A DNA stretch of 64,000 nucleotides from assembly GCA_964252035.1 (NCBI GenBank), contig OZ176201.1. One strand, 5' to 3'. This document shows, in pieces, positions 49,934 to 62,824 of this stretch. The first letter of the stretch is position 1; each line of letters begins with the position of its first letter. Source of the stretch: Podarcis erhardii. Its lineage: Eukaryota. A program made the position numbers and the translations under genes. The notes under the pieces were generated by a model. The model was not told where the DNA came from. It searched no databases and worked only from the letters and a program-made list of their open reading frames with translations.

Positions 49934-50127
49934 GTATTTGGAGAGGAAGGGAAGAGGCATTTTGTTTATAGTCTTCACTCCTTGCCACCTCAAACCCCAT
50001 AGGCAGGCAAAACGGATGCATCCAGCTAGCAGCTCTTCCAGGCAATAGCCCCAAGGGGAGAGGGTTTTGGCTAGGACTTACATTTACCTTGCTTTGAGCT
50101 TTAGACCATTACTGTGACAAGGAGCAA

Positions 50128-50309
50128 GGGGGAGAACTGTAGCTCAGTGGTAGAGTATCTGCATGCAGAAGGTCCCAGGTTTGGTCTCTGGGTAGGATGG
50201 GGAACATACTGTGCCTCAATCCCTGCAGAGTTGCTGCTGGTCAATGCGGACAGGACCCACCTAGATGGATCAGAGGCCTGGTTTGGTACAAGGAAGCTTC
50301 CTATGTTCC
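50128..50309 (+). mobile_element. Squam3-like SINE, diverged
   Basis: TGTAGCTCAGTGGTAGAG...GCAGAAGGTCCCAGGTT...CTAGATGGA...GCTTCCTATGTTCC. Confidence 0.75.
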
Positions 50310-51014
50310 AAATTCTACAAAGGTCTGGAATGGATTGATTTGGATTCCAAGCAGAAAGAAATCTGCCTAGTTTAGTGGTCATCTGCTGGAATGACACTAT
50401 GTGGTAATCCGTGCCATAGAGGTGGTCCTAGTTTTCCAAACCAGGGCAGATATAGCTGCTAGGGCACAAGCAGGGGCTATGAACACAACCTCAGAGACCT
50501 TTGCCACATTATCTTTTTCTCCCCACTCAGGGCTTCTGGTTTGGGCCTTGTAGTACACTTCTGATCACCCTAATGTGACAGGGTAGGTGTCAGCTGCCAT
50601 CATAAGAGATTTACAGAGGTTGTAATGATGGAATGGTTTCACGCTGGAAGAGCAACCCACAGGTCGATGAGCTGCTTCATAAAGCACACATATGTGTGTG
50701 CTTAGTATAAATTTGCCTTGCTCAGACTCCATTAATGCATGCTCTGACCACTGGGCACACCTTCAATGTCTCACACACACCTTCACGTATGCAACTAGAC
50801 ACAAAGTAAGATTCTCTTATGCTCCTACTTTGTTTTTTATACAGACAGCCCCCAATGATACTAATTTACTTCAGCCACACACCGGGTAAATGCCTCTTTC
50901 CCTGTATCCATCTTCATGCAGCTTGTCACACTTAGGATCCTATCATAATCTTACACAGACACACATTTACACACCTTTGGGCTGACAAGTTCTACTTCTC
51001 ATATTCATCCTTTA

Positions 51015-51211
51015 GGGAAAGAGCCACAGCTCAGTGGTAGAGCATCTGCTTGGAGTGCAGAAGGTTCTAGGTTCAACCCCTGGCATCTCCAGGTAGGGAT
51101 GGGATGGGAATGTTCCATATCTGAAACCCTACAGAGCCACTGCCAGTCAGTCAATAGTGAGCTAGGTGGATCAAGAATCTGACTTGGTATAAGGCCGCTG
51201 CCTATAATTCT
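51015..51211 (+). mobile_element. Squam3-like tRNA-derived SINE
   Basis: GGGAAAGAGCCACAGCTCAGTGGTAGAGCATCTGC...GGTTCAACCCCTGGCATCTCCAGGTAGGG...GAAACCCT...GAGCTAGGTGGA...TATAAGGC. A and B boxes are recognisable. Confidence 0.8.
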
Positions 51212-52469
51212 GATCAGCAACAGACATATAAAGAAGCTTGCATTCCCCGCCCCCACCCCATACACACGCACACACCTCGTAAGCTGGGAAGTGCGCAAAT
51301 TACCACATCACCGATATCATCACACGTGCACCCAAGCAGAGAAAACCAAATAGCAAGCATGCTCACACAGAAATATCTCCAGATCAGACACAAACAATAC
51401 AGGCGAGTGCATCCATTTTGAAATTAACTGAAGTGCTCGCAAAGTCTGTGTGTATTTTAATTTGTGAGCATGGTCACATGCCTGCCTGCCTGCCTGCCTT
51501 TGTATGTGGGAGGCCTGTGTCCGTCTAGCTGAATCAGAACACTATTCATAGCGTTACATGTGCTCTCTCACACACACTGCCTCTTCCGTGATTGAGTCAC
51601 TGCTGTTTTTCGTAGGAGCTGGATTATTCTCTGCCATGGCTTACCTGTCCATAGGCCCGGCCACGGTGCCTGGTAGCAGAAAGCCCCAGACTTGCAGGCT
51701 CGTGGAGCCAGTGGTCCCCAAGGAGCGAAATTAGATAGCCTGGCTGCATGGACTGTGAAATGAATCTTGTCCCCCCGAGATCCCAGTGTCAGATTCCCAC
51801 TCATCAGCACTTTCCTGTCAATGAAGGTCAGGACACAGCTGGGAGCTACGCCACCTCTAATGCATTGACCTGATCTGGGCACAGAGCAGCAATCAGAACA
51901 GAGGGAGAGGTGGCAGCTCTCCTCGCAGGTAATGGTTCCCTGCCCAAATCTTGGGCAACCATCTCCTATCCCAACTCCATCCGGTGGGCCAAATTGGGCA
52001 TCACGTGAGACCTACTGAGCCTTTGGTTTGAAACTTAGAAGCAGCCATGGGGGCCCCAGTTTGGCTCAGGGCTGCAGAACTGGAAGAGGCAACCCTTCTG
52101 CAATGCCAACTTAAATCTGCTTCGGAGTTGCTTAGATCCAAAACACACTTCCCCAACTTTCTCCAATATAATTTTGAGAACTCCCACAACTCCTAGCCAT
52201 CATGGCCAATGGCCCTGCCATCTGGGGATGATGGAAGCAGTAGTTTGAAAACAAGTGGAGGACGCCATGTTGGGGAAGGCTGATCTAAAAGAAAAACCTG
52301 CTCACAGATCCATGGGCAGCACGGCCCAGAACCACAGCCTTTTCATAGTGATGCCTTGGTCTCAGGGCTCCAAAGCAGCAAAAGTTATCCGATGCCACCC
52401 GGTCACATTCTCATGAAGGTTGCTTTGCTCTGAGCTCTGATGATGCATCTCCAGCCTAGCCTATAGTAA

Positions 52470-52700
52470 TAACAGTGCTTCACATGCTTTATATAGCACT
52501 TTCAAATGTTCAAAGGACTTTGGAGAGCATTATCTTGCACCAGCCCTATAAGGCAGGTCAGTATAGTTATCCACTTACTGCAGACGGGGCTGACAGGAGC
52601 AGGAGAGAGAGAATGGCTTGCCTAAGAGCACCCTGCCGAGTTAATAGCAGGGGTGAGATTTGAACTGGGGGGCCTGCCAGTTCACCATTCAGGCATTTTA
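52470..52700 (-). mobile_element. MIR-like SINE, old
   Basis: TAATAACAG...ATAGCACTTT...GAGATTTGAAC pattern of a reverse-strand MIR. Confidence 0.5.
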
Positions 52701-53862
52701 CCCATCATGCTACACTGGCTTTTTGTGTGGGGACGAGGCTAACAAAGCCCCTGAGAAGACAATGGGAATAACCTGGTTCTCTGGAGCCATTTCCTTCTGG
52801 TAGTGAGAGTGTAGACAAATGACAGACCCAGATACCCAGAGCAAGCAGCCCCTTACATGCAAGGCGTCGTCTCAGCAGGGTGAGGAGCAGGATTAGCCGC
52901 ACGTGCATACAATTAAGACACAAGACTCTGACAGCGTGGCACTCCACCCCACTGGAGCAGACTCCCTCCTCCTAGCATTGGGGGGGGGGTCAAACCAGGA
53001 GCCCAGACTCCTACAGAAAACAGCTTCCAGAGATGTTTCTGAGGTTCCTAAACACTCCACTGTTTTCCAGAGAGAACACAACTAGAACCACACTTGTGTG
53101 AGGTGTAGCTAAATGGTGAATGCACAGGAGAGAGAGAGACCCAGCTAGTAAAGATCACAGGACAGAAGGAGGGGGAATCATTGTTAGAACTATAAGGGCA
53201 GGGAAATTATAGCCCAAAGTCTGGTAAGAGAGGAAGCACACAAAAAAAGGATGGGAGGGAGGCAAGAATCCAGGGTAAACCAGACCTTGAACCTCTCCAA
53301 TGACTATGGATTCTGGATCCCACCTTGTTATATCTTCTCTGCCTCTCATTAATTCTTACTGGGGGGAAGATCCAATTAGTTTCCTTTCCTGGCTTCTAAA
53401 TGATTTTTCATCCCTGTAATTAATGGGCAAGTCGGAGCGGAGCCGCATGGCAGGCAAATTGCCGGTTCAGGGGAGCGGGGGTAATTTTCTAGATATGATA
53501 ATGAGGGTTGCTTTCTTGCTTTTAAATAACGAATTCATTATTTGGGGGGGGGGGTTGCAATGGGGAAACATCCAGAGCTTTGGGTTCTTGTTCCTTTGTT
53601 GCTTGTTGAGGAGACTCTAATTAGTGAATGGTGCCATCATATCTGAAGGCACTGTAACCACAACTGCCCTGGCATATTTAGGTCAATGGTAAGATTCAAA
53701 CTCTTTGCCCGCTAGCTAGCTTCAGGAGCTGCTGTACCAATTGCCAACAGCAGTAGGTTGTTTTCCAGTTCTGTGTCGCTCTACATTAATGCACAGTCAC
53801 ATGATTTGTAACTCTGGCCTATGGGGTACATGATGAAAAGGGGCAGAGAGAGTATTATTCAT

Positions 53863-53869
53863 TCTCTCT

Positions 53870-53941
<72 letters not shown>
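53863..53941 (+). repeat. Compound (CT)n(CA)n microsatellite
   Basis: Direct reading. Confidence 0.95.
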
Positions 53942-53942
<1 letters not shown>

Positions 53943-55534
53943 AGCATTCCTAGCTTTGTGACAAATGTCCTTTTTTATGCTCAAGTAAAGACAACTACAG
54001 ACTGATTGACAAGCCTAACTACAAACCTTGTTTACATCTCTCCGTAGTGGAAAGCTGCAAGCGCTGGCTTGTTGTAACTATCGGAGCGTTTTCACTTGGG
54101 GGAGAGTTAGGGTCATTTATGATTTATGTACCACCAAACCTCCTACTCCACCAACCCTTTTTAAAACAAAAATAAAAATAGCAGGTCTCTGCTGAAGCAG
54201 CGCACAATCTAACAAAGGCCCTTTTATCAGGAATTTCATGACACAGAACGTATGAGAATTTCCTTTGTTGCCACTGGCTTTCCAACCATGACTTTTGCCA
54301 GAGATGCACTTCCTGCTCACTGCTTTGTCAGAATGAAAAGGCAATGGTTGTTGTGTGCTCTGATTCATCGAAAACCAGTTGGGGATTGAGGCGGGCAACT
54401 GGTAGCTATAAATGACCCAAGAGCCCATTGGTACACGTTGTAGAGCATTGCTTGTAAACTTCATAGAACATACAGCATATTTTAATGATCTGTGATTCTG
54501 TTCCACGCTCTGGCCGTAACCATGCACAAAAATCATTCCCCTTCCTTCTTTTATAATCCAGCTGACTTGGGGCCAGAGGCAGTTGCTTCTTTAACCTGCA
54601 TAGCGCCTGGCCCCCAAAGAGCAGGAGTGAAGTGCCAATAAAGTGGAACAGAAGGTCAATACTGTTTGAAAGCTCTGCAGTGGACAGAAGGAGACACTTT
54701 CATTTAAAGCTGCCCTGCATGCTTGGGGAGGATGGGTTGGCAGTCCAGCTAGGAAGGAGGAAGCCATGAGCCTTACATCATCCACCGGGCATCACAAGTG
54801 TGTGTGAAAGCTCTGCCATTACCTACCCAGCATCTTGCACAAGCTGCCCAAACAATGCATGGCTAAAGTATCATGAGTCTGGCCGAAATATTATGTTTGC
54901 ATTTGTAAGCTGCTTTGAGCAACTCCTTTGCCGTGGGGCAACAGCAGGGTATAATTTAATTTAAAAGTAATTGTTTGTGGATTGTTGGTATATGTGAGAA
55001 AGTAAACCACAGCAAAGCGTAACACGCTCCAACCATCAACAGACTGGGAAGATTTAACTAACCCAGCTGCTTTCACTCAGCAGCCTGGGGGCTGCCTCCA
55101 AGCTACAACCCACAGCTGTTTCTCCCCTGTACAACCCTGTTCCTGAGCCCCAGTAGCATAGCATGGGATGCCAGCACCCAGGGCAAGGAAAGTATTCTGC
55201 CCCCCCCCCCGCCTAACTCCATACTGCCGGACGGAGCTGTGGAAGAGCAGCAGGACCTGCGTGTGCACCTCCTTGGGCTGGGGCTCCACCACAAGGCTTG
55301 CTGTCTACCCGCGTCTCCCACTGGTTGGGGATGTTGCACGGCCGAGGGATGTAAGAGCTCGCCCTCTCCCAGCTGCTGCTTGGCATGCTGCTCAGGTGAG
55401 GCATGCGGGATGGGGAGCACCTCCGGCTGGGATGGCAGTTGCAGGGGTATCCCTAATTTTTTTTGCATCCAGGCCAATAGCCCCACACACGCTATGCTTC
55501 TACCGATACCCGTTCCTTTCTCTCAACTTACAAA

Positions 55535-55721
55535 GGAACATAGGAAACTGCCTTATGCAGAGTCATACCATTGGTGCATCTAGCTCTGTACTGCCAACAT
55601 TGTATGGTAATGGCATTCCAGGAAAGTTTTCCTCCCAAGCCCTACCTGGAGGTGCTGAGGACTGAACAGAGATCTTTTGCATGCAAAGCAGATACTCCAC
55701 CTGTGAGCTATGGTGCTTTCC
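55535..55721 (-). mobile_element. Squam3-like SINE, diverged
   Basis: Reverse complement of the family: GGAACATAGGAAACTGCCTTAT...CATCTAGCTC...TTTGCATGCAAAGCAGAT...GAGCTATGG. Confidence 0.75.
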
Positions 55722-56724
55722 AAAGCACCAAAGGGGGGTTTAAGCCAGCAGATCGAGGGTTTTTTTATCTATACACAGCCAGCTTAAAGAGGAGGCTTCT
55801 TTTCTGAGAGATTATGGGGATGTGTGGTAGCAGATCACAACTCTTTGCTAAGCAAGAGAAAAGTGAAAACTCCCCCCCTTGCCTTTTCATTAAGAAGAAT
55901 TTAGCTGTAACTGTCATCTATGCCCCAATTAAATATGTTCTTCATCCAAATTAGCCCTCAGACTTTCCTATCGCTGTGGAATATCACTTCCCTGAAATAT
56001 TATTTCACTGGGGAGTGGGCTGGAAGAGATGACCTCTCTGCTTCTGCTTGTGCCTCGGCAGTGAATGATATTATTGACAGTAAGGGGGTGAACTTATTAA
56101 GAGTGAAAGGATCCCATTGAAAGTCAGGAACGCATTGCAACAGACTCTTCCCAGAATTGCCCTCTCTGATATCCAGCCAAAGTCCAAGCAAGCTGGAAAA
56201 TAGCTGCACATCTGCAGAGTTCCAGCCTTTTGTGACAGATACAGCCAAAGAGTCTGGCACTGTGGCCCAACAGGCTCAATCAGTTTGCAAAACCCAAGCC
56301 TTGGAAAGTGTCCATCTCTGGAAAGGTTAACCCAAGGATGAGAAAACTGATATTCACTGCAAGATCTGCACCTTACACCAGGGAAACAACAACATTGGCT
56401 TGCTCAAACCCCAGCTTCTGTTGTGTGCCCAAAGGCACCCATTCTCAGGGTCAGCTCAACTGGCAAACCACTTAGGAGAAGAAACGGAAAGAGGCAGCAC
56501 ATCTTGGCACAGGACTGAGATGGGAAGAAGTGGTGTGAGAGCAATGTCTTAGACTGGCTTGACTCTATGGGAGCATGCAGTCCTGCAAGCACATGGCTTT
56601 CCATCCCTTTCCCCTGTTGCTGGGAGGAGTCAGAGGAACACATGTGGAAGGTTGAAGCTCTTACACTGCTAGCACCATTGCTTCCTCAAGGCTCACCTCC
56701 CCATTTATATGTTTGCAAACTTCA

Positions 56725-57075
56725 GGGACGCGGGTGGCACTGTGGGTTAAACCACAGAGCCTAGGGCCTGCTGATCAGAAGGTTGGCGGTTCAAATCCTC
56801 ACGACAGGGTGAGCTCCCGTTGCTCAGTCCCTGCTCTTGCCAACCTAGCAGTTCGAAAGCACGTCAAAGTGCAAGTAGATAAATAGGGACCGCTCCAGCG
56901 GGAAGGTAAACGGCATTTCTGTGCGCTGCTCTGGTTTGCCAGAAGCGGCTTAGTCATGCTGGCCACATGACCCGGAAGCTGTACGCCGGCTTCCTCGGCC
57001 AATAAAGCGAAATGAGCGCCGCAACCCCAGAGTCAGTCACGACTGGACCTAATGGTCAGGGGTCCCTTTACCTTT
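56725..57075 (+). mobile_element. Sauria SINE (Squam1), full length
   Basis: GGGACGCGGGTGGCACTGTGGG ... CCCTTTACCTTT. TSD AAACTTCA(G) at 56717-56724 and 57076-57083. Collinear with the 23336 copy. Confidence 0.92.
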
Positions 57076-57353
57076 AAACTTCAGATATGGAGGACATTAG
57101 TTCACTGTGTCTTTTTGGTAAGGACTTTACGCTAGTCACAAGATGCTGCTCCCACACAAACATACATATGCAACCAGAGTTACGTTTGCAAGTCTTCTTT
57201 GAAGACAAAAGGCTAGTATGACAAAGACCAAAAACTTTCTCTATCAGAAAAGGTATGGCATCCTTCTGTAGTTTAAGACCATGCCTCAAGACTGAAAACT
57301 CTCATTCAAAACAGGGAGCTGGACATAGCAAGATGGATGATTTATTCACCATC

Positions 57354-57497
57354 CCAGGTGTGGGGAAACTTTGGCCCTCTATGTGTTGCTGAACTACAGC
57401 TCCCATCATCCACAGCCTTGGGCTATGGTTGCTGGTAGGACTGATGGGAGCTGTTGCTCAGCAGCATTTGGAGGGTCCAAGGTTCCCAACACTTGCC
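57354..57497. mobile_element. Small hAT-type MITE; related copies near 23172-23302, 33285-33380, 41822-41890, 48775-48885, 52170-52280 and 61195-61320
   Basis: Shared core GGCCCTC..ATGTTG(C/T)TG(A/G)ACTACA(A/G)CTCCCATCATCC...GCTGATGGGAG. Confidence 0.65.
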
Positions 57498-57519
57498 CTA
57501 GACCAACCTTCTCCACTCT

Positions 57520-57645
57520 TGAGTAGAAGCAGCAGCTCCCCAGGGCTTGCATATCAGGAGGTTCTTGATGCTTCTATCCAGATGCCAATGATTGAACCTG
57601 GGACCTGCATGCAAAGGAGCACATGCTGACTTAAGGTCCTATCTC
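57520..57645 (-). mobile_element. Squam3-like SINE, old
   Basis: GCAGCAGCTCCCAGGG...GATTGAACCTGGGACCTGCATGCAAA matches the reverse strand of the family. Confidence 0.55.
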
Positions 57646-59579
57646 CTTCTCCTCCTCTTCTAAATATCATACTAATGAAAAAAAGAGAGCATTACTTGCC
57701 AAAGCAGCCTGTGATTTCTTGCAGTGCTCACCCATTTGAGGTAGTTTGCATTAGAGATTATTCTTCGGTCACAGCCCAACATAGTGGAGTTAGGAGAAAC
57801 CAACTGCAGAAATACGTTTAGCACTTAGTATGTTCCCAGCAATCTTGCCATGATCAGAAGCTTGCTGTACAACAAAATTAGTGAAAAGTCCAAGTTAAAG
57901 CTAGGTAGCTACTGTAATTAACAGTAGATCAAATAGTATGCTTGAAACAGAACCTATTGCTCTGGAGCAAATTCCTAGCCACAGATAGCAGCTGGGGCAA
58001 GGGAGTTAAGAAGTCCTGAAAGCCAAGGCCACTCTGTGGGAGGTTAGCAGTGGGGGGTGGAGAGGGGCTAGGAAAGCAAAGAACTCAGAGCCTCGGCTGA
58101 AAGGTTCTCTTTTCCGCTCTGCCTCTCTGAGCACATTCAGCCCTGTCTGCAAGGTGAGTTGGGATCCCCTGGTGACAGGCAAGCAGGAGCTAATTAATGC
58201 TCATTAATCCACATGGCTCCTGCAGGGACCGGTCCTGGGAGCACTTAGTCAATGTTTACAGCTTGGCTTTACAGTTTTCAGTCAATGACCCTCTCAGCCT
58301 CACATGTGCGAGTGGAGTGAAATGTGTATATGTCACCTGCAGTCCTAGTGATCGGGAGGCAAGGCTCTGTTCACTGACCGGCCAGCACTGAGGGGCAATG
58401 GGCAAGGAAGCCAAGGCTCCTGGGTCTTACGATCCATGATGCCATGTGGCATGGGAGTACTGTGGGGGGCAAGCTCCCCATACAGCAAGTGGCTTCATGG
58501 ACAGGCCATTTTCAGGATGGCAGGTCGATCCCCCACCCCCGTTTCTCAAAGGTAGGCCTGCAGGAAAATAGTGGCTCTCTTCTTTATAGACTGGCAACTA
58601 ATGGTGCCAGCTGTAAAGTGTTCAGCCGTAGGTTAGGCCTTCCAGACTTGTTTTGTGCTACGGCTCCCATCCTCCTATTCGCTGATGGGAGCCAGAGTCC
58701 AGCACAATCTGAGGAGCAAAATATTGGCAAACCTTGCAAAAAAAACCAAACAAACCTACAGTTGCATCACAAGGTATCAAAGTGGTAAAGAGCTGAGTTT
58801 CCAGCTCTGTTGTTCTTGCTCCAACTTACACCCTTCTAGGACAAAAGAAAGTTGGTGTACATCACACAACAAGTGTGCTCATCCTTGTCTTCCCGCCCCC
58901 AGCAGCAGGAAGGGAATGTGCTGCTTTGTCAGAAACTCAATTAGGACACTCCCCCCCCCACCAAACACTCTGAGCCCCTGACCAAATTAAACTGGAGCTC
59001 TTCTCCCCAGCTTGGCTCCAACCAATTATCGCCATAATCACGTCTGCGCCCAGTTATCCTATCAATTAGCCGCAGCCTTTGCAGAGAAGCGGGTGGGAGC
59101 TATGGATGGGAAGATTGCTGAGGAAGAGAAAGGGATGGATTGGAAGGAAGGTGGAAAAGTTAGGTGGAGAGGGTGAAGAGAACAAGGGGAAAAAAGGTAA
59201 ATGAGAAGCAATTGTTTGTGTTTTTCAATAATTAGCTACAGTTGTCAGCATCGCTACTAAGATGCCACTGTCATGCTGTGTGATTGGGGCAGGTATTTAT
59301 ACAAAAGAACCCACGGAACCCTGATGGGCATCTATCTGCCTTGGAGGAATTTATACTGGCAACTTTTGTTCTCTAGTCACACTCATTTGTATATTAAAAT
59401 ACAGAGATAGCCTAAACCAGAAGAACATGTTTCTTGAGCTAACTAATGACCAGAGAGCTGGATATAAGATTCTGAGCTAGGCAGAGCTCTTTTGGGGGCA
59501 GAGCTTTGACTCAAAGCAATTTTTTTAAATAAAAATGAATTAAGTCACTTCTCTGAGCTGAGGTTGATGCAGTGAACTA

Positions 59580-59770
59580 GGGAGGTGGTGTGGTGTAGTG
59601 GTTAGAGTGCTGGACTAGGAACAAAGAGACCCAGGTTCAAATCCTCACTCAGATGTCAAAATCACCTGGCCTGCCCCCTCTCCTCAGCCTAACTTAAATT
59701 GCAGAGTTGTGATGATAACACAGTGTGGCAATGACCATATGTGCTGCGTGAAAGAAGGGGGGAATAAAAG
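59580..59770 (+). mobile_element. MIR/Ther1-like SINE
   Basis: GTGGTGTAGTGGTTAGAGTGCTGGACTAGGA...CCAGGTTCAAATCCTCACTCAG...CTCAGCCTAAC. Confidence 0.7.
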
Positions 59771-59813
59771 CAGTAGAGTCTTCCCTTAAAAAAAGGAATA
59801 GGTTGGCCTAATT

Positions 59814-60502
59814 CAGGAAGGGGGAACTTGAGGGCTGGGGGACATTTGCAGCCCTGAAGGCCTCTCCATACAGACACACACGCCATCCCCAGGCCACATC
59901 CTTCACTGGTCCTGCTCTGTGCCCTCCTTGACTGCTTTTGCCTGGCTGACAGGTTTCCTTTAACTGAGATAATGCCTGGTGCTTGCCTGGATAAAAATAC
60001 AGTGGTGCCTCGCAAGACGAAAAGAATCCGTTCCACGATTCTCTTCGTCTAGCAGTTTTTTCGTCTTGCGAAGCAAGCCCATTGACAGCTTAGCGGATTA
60101 GCACTATTAGCGGTCTAGCGGCTTTTAGCGATCAGCTGTTAAGCGGCTTATCAGCGGAACAGCTGATAAGCGGCTTAGCGGCTTAGGAAAGGGGGGGGAG
60201 CGGAAAAAAACCCGCGGGAACTCGCAAGATTTTTTCGTCTTGCAAAGCAACCCCATAGAGAAATTTTCCGCCTCCAAAACGGAAAACCCTTTCGTCTAGC
60301 GGGTTTTCCGTCTTGCGAGGCGTTCGTCTTGCGGGGCACCACTGTACTGTGTGAGGTGGAGGGTATGTTTGGAATCCTCTAACTTTTGCATGGCTGGAAT
60401 TTACCCTACAGTGCAAAAGCAAAAGTTGCATTTATTGCTCTGTGCACTTTTTATCTCCCTTCCCGCTGCTATGGAGGAATGTGCCTTCCCACCACCTCCA
60501 TG
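59814..60502. mobile_element. Old hAT-type MITE split by the Tigger-type MITE
   Basis: The segments on both sides of 59998-60346 continue the reverse complement of the 10447 family (TGCTTTTGCCTGGCTG...GCTTGCCTGGAT, then CCCTACAGTGCAAAAG...TTGCTCTGTGCACTTTTT). Confidence 0.6.
59998..60346. mobile_element. Tigger/pogo-type MITE, full copy inverted relative to copy 1
   Basis: TA-CAGTGGTGCCTCGCAAGACG ... CGTCTTGCGGGGCACCACTG-TA, with the same internal array read as TAGCGG repeats. Confidence 0.9.
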
Positions 60503-62498
60503 GCATAAATAGAGGCTGTTAACTACAGCCTTGTGAGTAAGTCCAGAAGTTACTGGCCTGCAAAGAAACGCTTTTAGCCTGCTGTGGGCTGGCAAAGGAG
60601 GGCTAGAGCTCCATCTCTCCTGCAACGGCCCACTGTATGACTGGGCTGTGCAAGCAGGAGGGGGCTTCCATCCTCTCACTGCCTGCATGGTTTCTATCCT
60701 GGATGCAGAAGAGGGACAGAGTGCTCCATTCCTCCTCCGCCAACCAGCCTTGCTCTTCTGCTTGCCTGCAATTCCTATGGCTATCAAACAACTGTTTAAA
60801 AACATGGTTGGTTAATAAGATTACCAGCACACAACCTTCACAAGGTAGAAGGTTACACATCCACTTACCACTTTACCTGCAAATAAGATACTAAACATTT
60901 TTATAAGATGCCAATTTGGGGCGCAGTGGGAGGATCAAGATATTGGTTCCTTTTCCCTAAAACCCTGTGTATTCCTATTTTTTATTTTTATTTTACTCTC
61001 AGTCCCTATTCATGAAGAGTTCTTAAAAGCTCACTCATTTTAAAAAATACAGATTCGGAAATATATCTTCCCTTCATCTAAAAAAGGGCCAGAGATACAG
61101 AGGAAGAATTCTGGAATGTACAGTATCTTATTGCTATAAGGGAGTCTTCATTGAAAGATGGAAAGCTGCCTTCATATGCCCAGACTTTAGATGTTCAAGG
61201 CACATCTAAAAGCAGTACTTCAACAACCATCATCCCGCACTACTGGTCATGCTAGCTGGGGCTGATGGGAGCTGGAGTTCAACAAGGTCTGGTGGGCCAT
61301 GGGTTTCCCACCTCTGTTCTGAAGAGTGGAACTACTGGCCATGTTGTGCAGTTTGTCCAGCTGAAGCCAGCCTGAGTAAGGTCCATAGCTGCCACAGTGA
61401 CCTCTCAGTACTAGCACTGCCACTGTGTACTGGCTAGAAGTATGTGGCTACTGTCCCCAAACATTTCTTTGGCAGCAGAACAGGTCCTTTGCTAAAGTGC
61501 CATGCATTTCTGCTCAGCTGAGCTATCCCAAGCCTGGGGAAAGCAAGAGAGCTGAAAGAAAAATGTAAATACCAAAAAATATTCCTGCCTGCTGCTAGGG
61601 TACGAGGGAAACAGGACCCCTCACTCTGCAGGGAGCCCTCTTTCCTCAGCTAAGGGACATCTCAGGGTATAGTAAGTCTCTTTTCCATTACTCACCATAA
61701 GACACTGGAAAAAGAAGAGCAATATGTTGAAAGACAATCCCTTAACCATGATATGAGCCCATTTGAGCTCCAAAGATTGTGTCATCCCAAGGCAGATTGT
61801 GGAACAACGGCAAAGAGTTGGGAATGTGATCTCACTGTCTCAGGCCTATACCAAGACACTTAGCTGCCTGAGGCAAAGGGCAAGATGGCCTCCCCTATTC
61901 TACATACAGAAGTCAACTAGACTGGCAGTGGAATCTCACTGACAATGAGATAACATCCTCCACTGTACCTCAGGGCAGCAGACCAACTTATAAGGTGCAG
62001 GGAAGGCCACACCACACTCACAAATATGTTGTGCCACCCCCCAACTCCACCTGTGTCCATCACTCTGCTTAATGACAAGGCTGACCTTGCACTTTCTATG
62101 CCTGTAAAGTCAGTGTAACAGGGGGACTTGGGTAGGTAGTGGGGCTAGTGAGAAGTAAAGGAAAAGTGTGAGTCTCTGAAATTATAGGCCAGTTAGCTCA
62201 ATGCCTTCTCCTGGTGGAAATCATTAATAAAGGAAAAATTATTAAGCATATAGTCATGCTGGAGAAAAATCAGCATGGCTTCTGAAAAAGTTAATCCTGT
62301 TGCCACCATCTTTGTTGGGCTCTTTGAGTTCAGATCCAGCCCTACCATTAGGCGAGGTGAGCCACCAGTCTCAGACAGACAGTGAGTTTTTGCACACACT
62401 CACTCTCTCTCTCTCTCCCATATCCACCCACGAGTGATTGAGCTGCTGTCAGTGTCAGTGCTGCTGAGCATGCAGCTCCAGGTGTAAATGAGCTGGAC

Positions 62499-62824
62499 CA
62501 GGGGTCAGCAAACTTTTTCAGCAGGGGGCCGGTCCACTGTCCCTCAGACCTTGAGGGGCCAGACTATATTTTTTTTGGGGGGGGGGGGAATGAATGAATT
62601 CCTATGACCCACAAATAACCCAGAGATGCATTTTAAATAAAAGGACACATTCTAATCATGTAAAAACACCAGGCAGGCCCCACAAATAACCCAGAGATGC
62701 ATTTTAAATAAAAGGACACATTCTACTCATGTAAAAACACGCTGATTCCTGGACCGTCTGCGGGCCAGATTTAGAAAGCAATTGGGCCGGATCCGGCCCC
62801 CGGGCCTTAGTTTGCCTACCCATG
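62499..62824. mobile_element. hAT-type MITE, young
   Basis: CAGGGGTCAGCAAAC ... GTTTGCCTACCCATG TIRs (12/15 match). Perfect 8-bp TSD AGCTGGAC at 62491-62498 and 62825-62832. Confidence 0.9.

Noticed and set aside
51015-51090. tRNA gene (also 50128, 59580, 23336 and 56725)
   Set aside because: These are tRNA-derived SINE heads followed by SINE bodies, with no complete cloverleaf.
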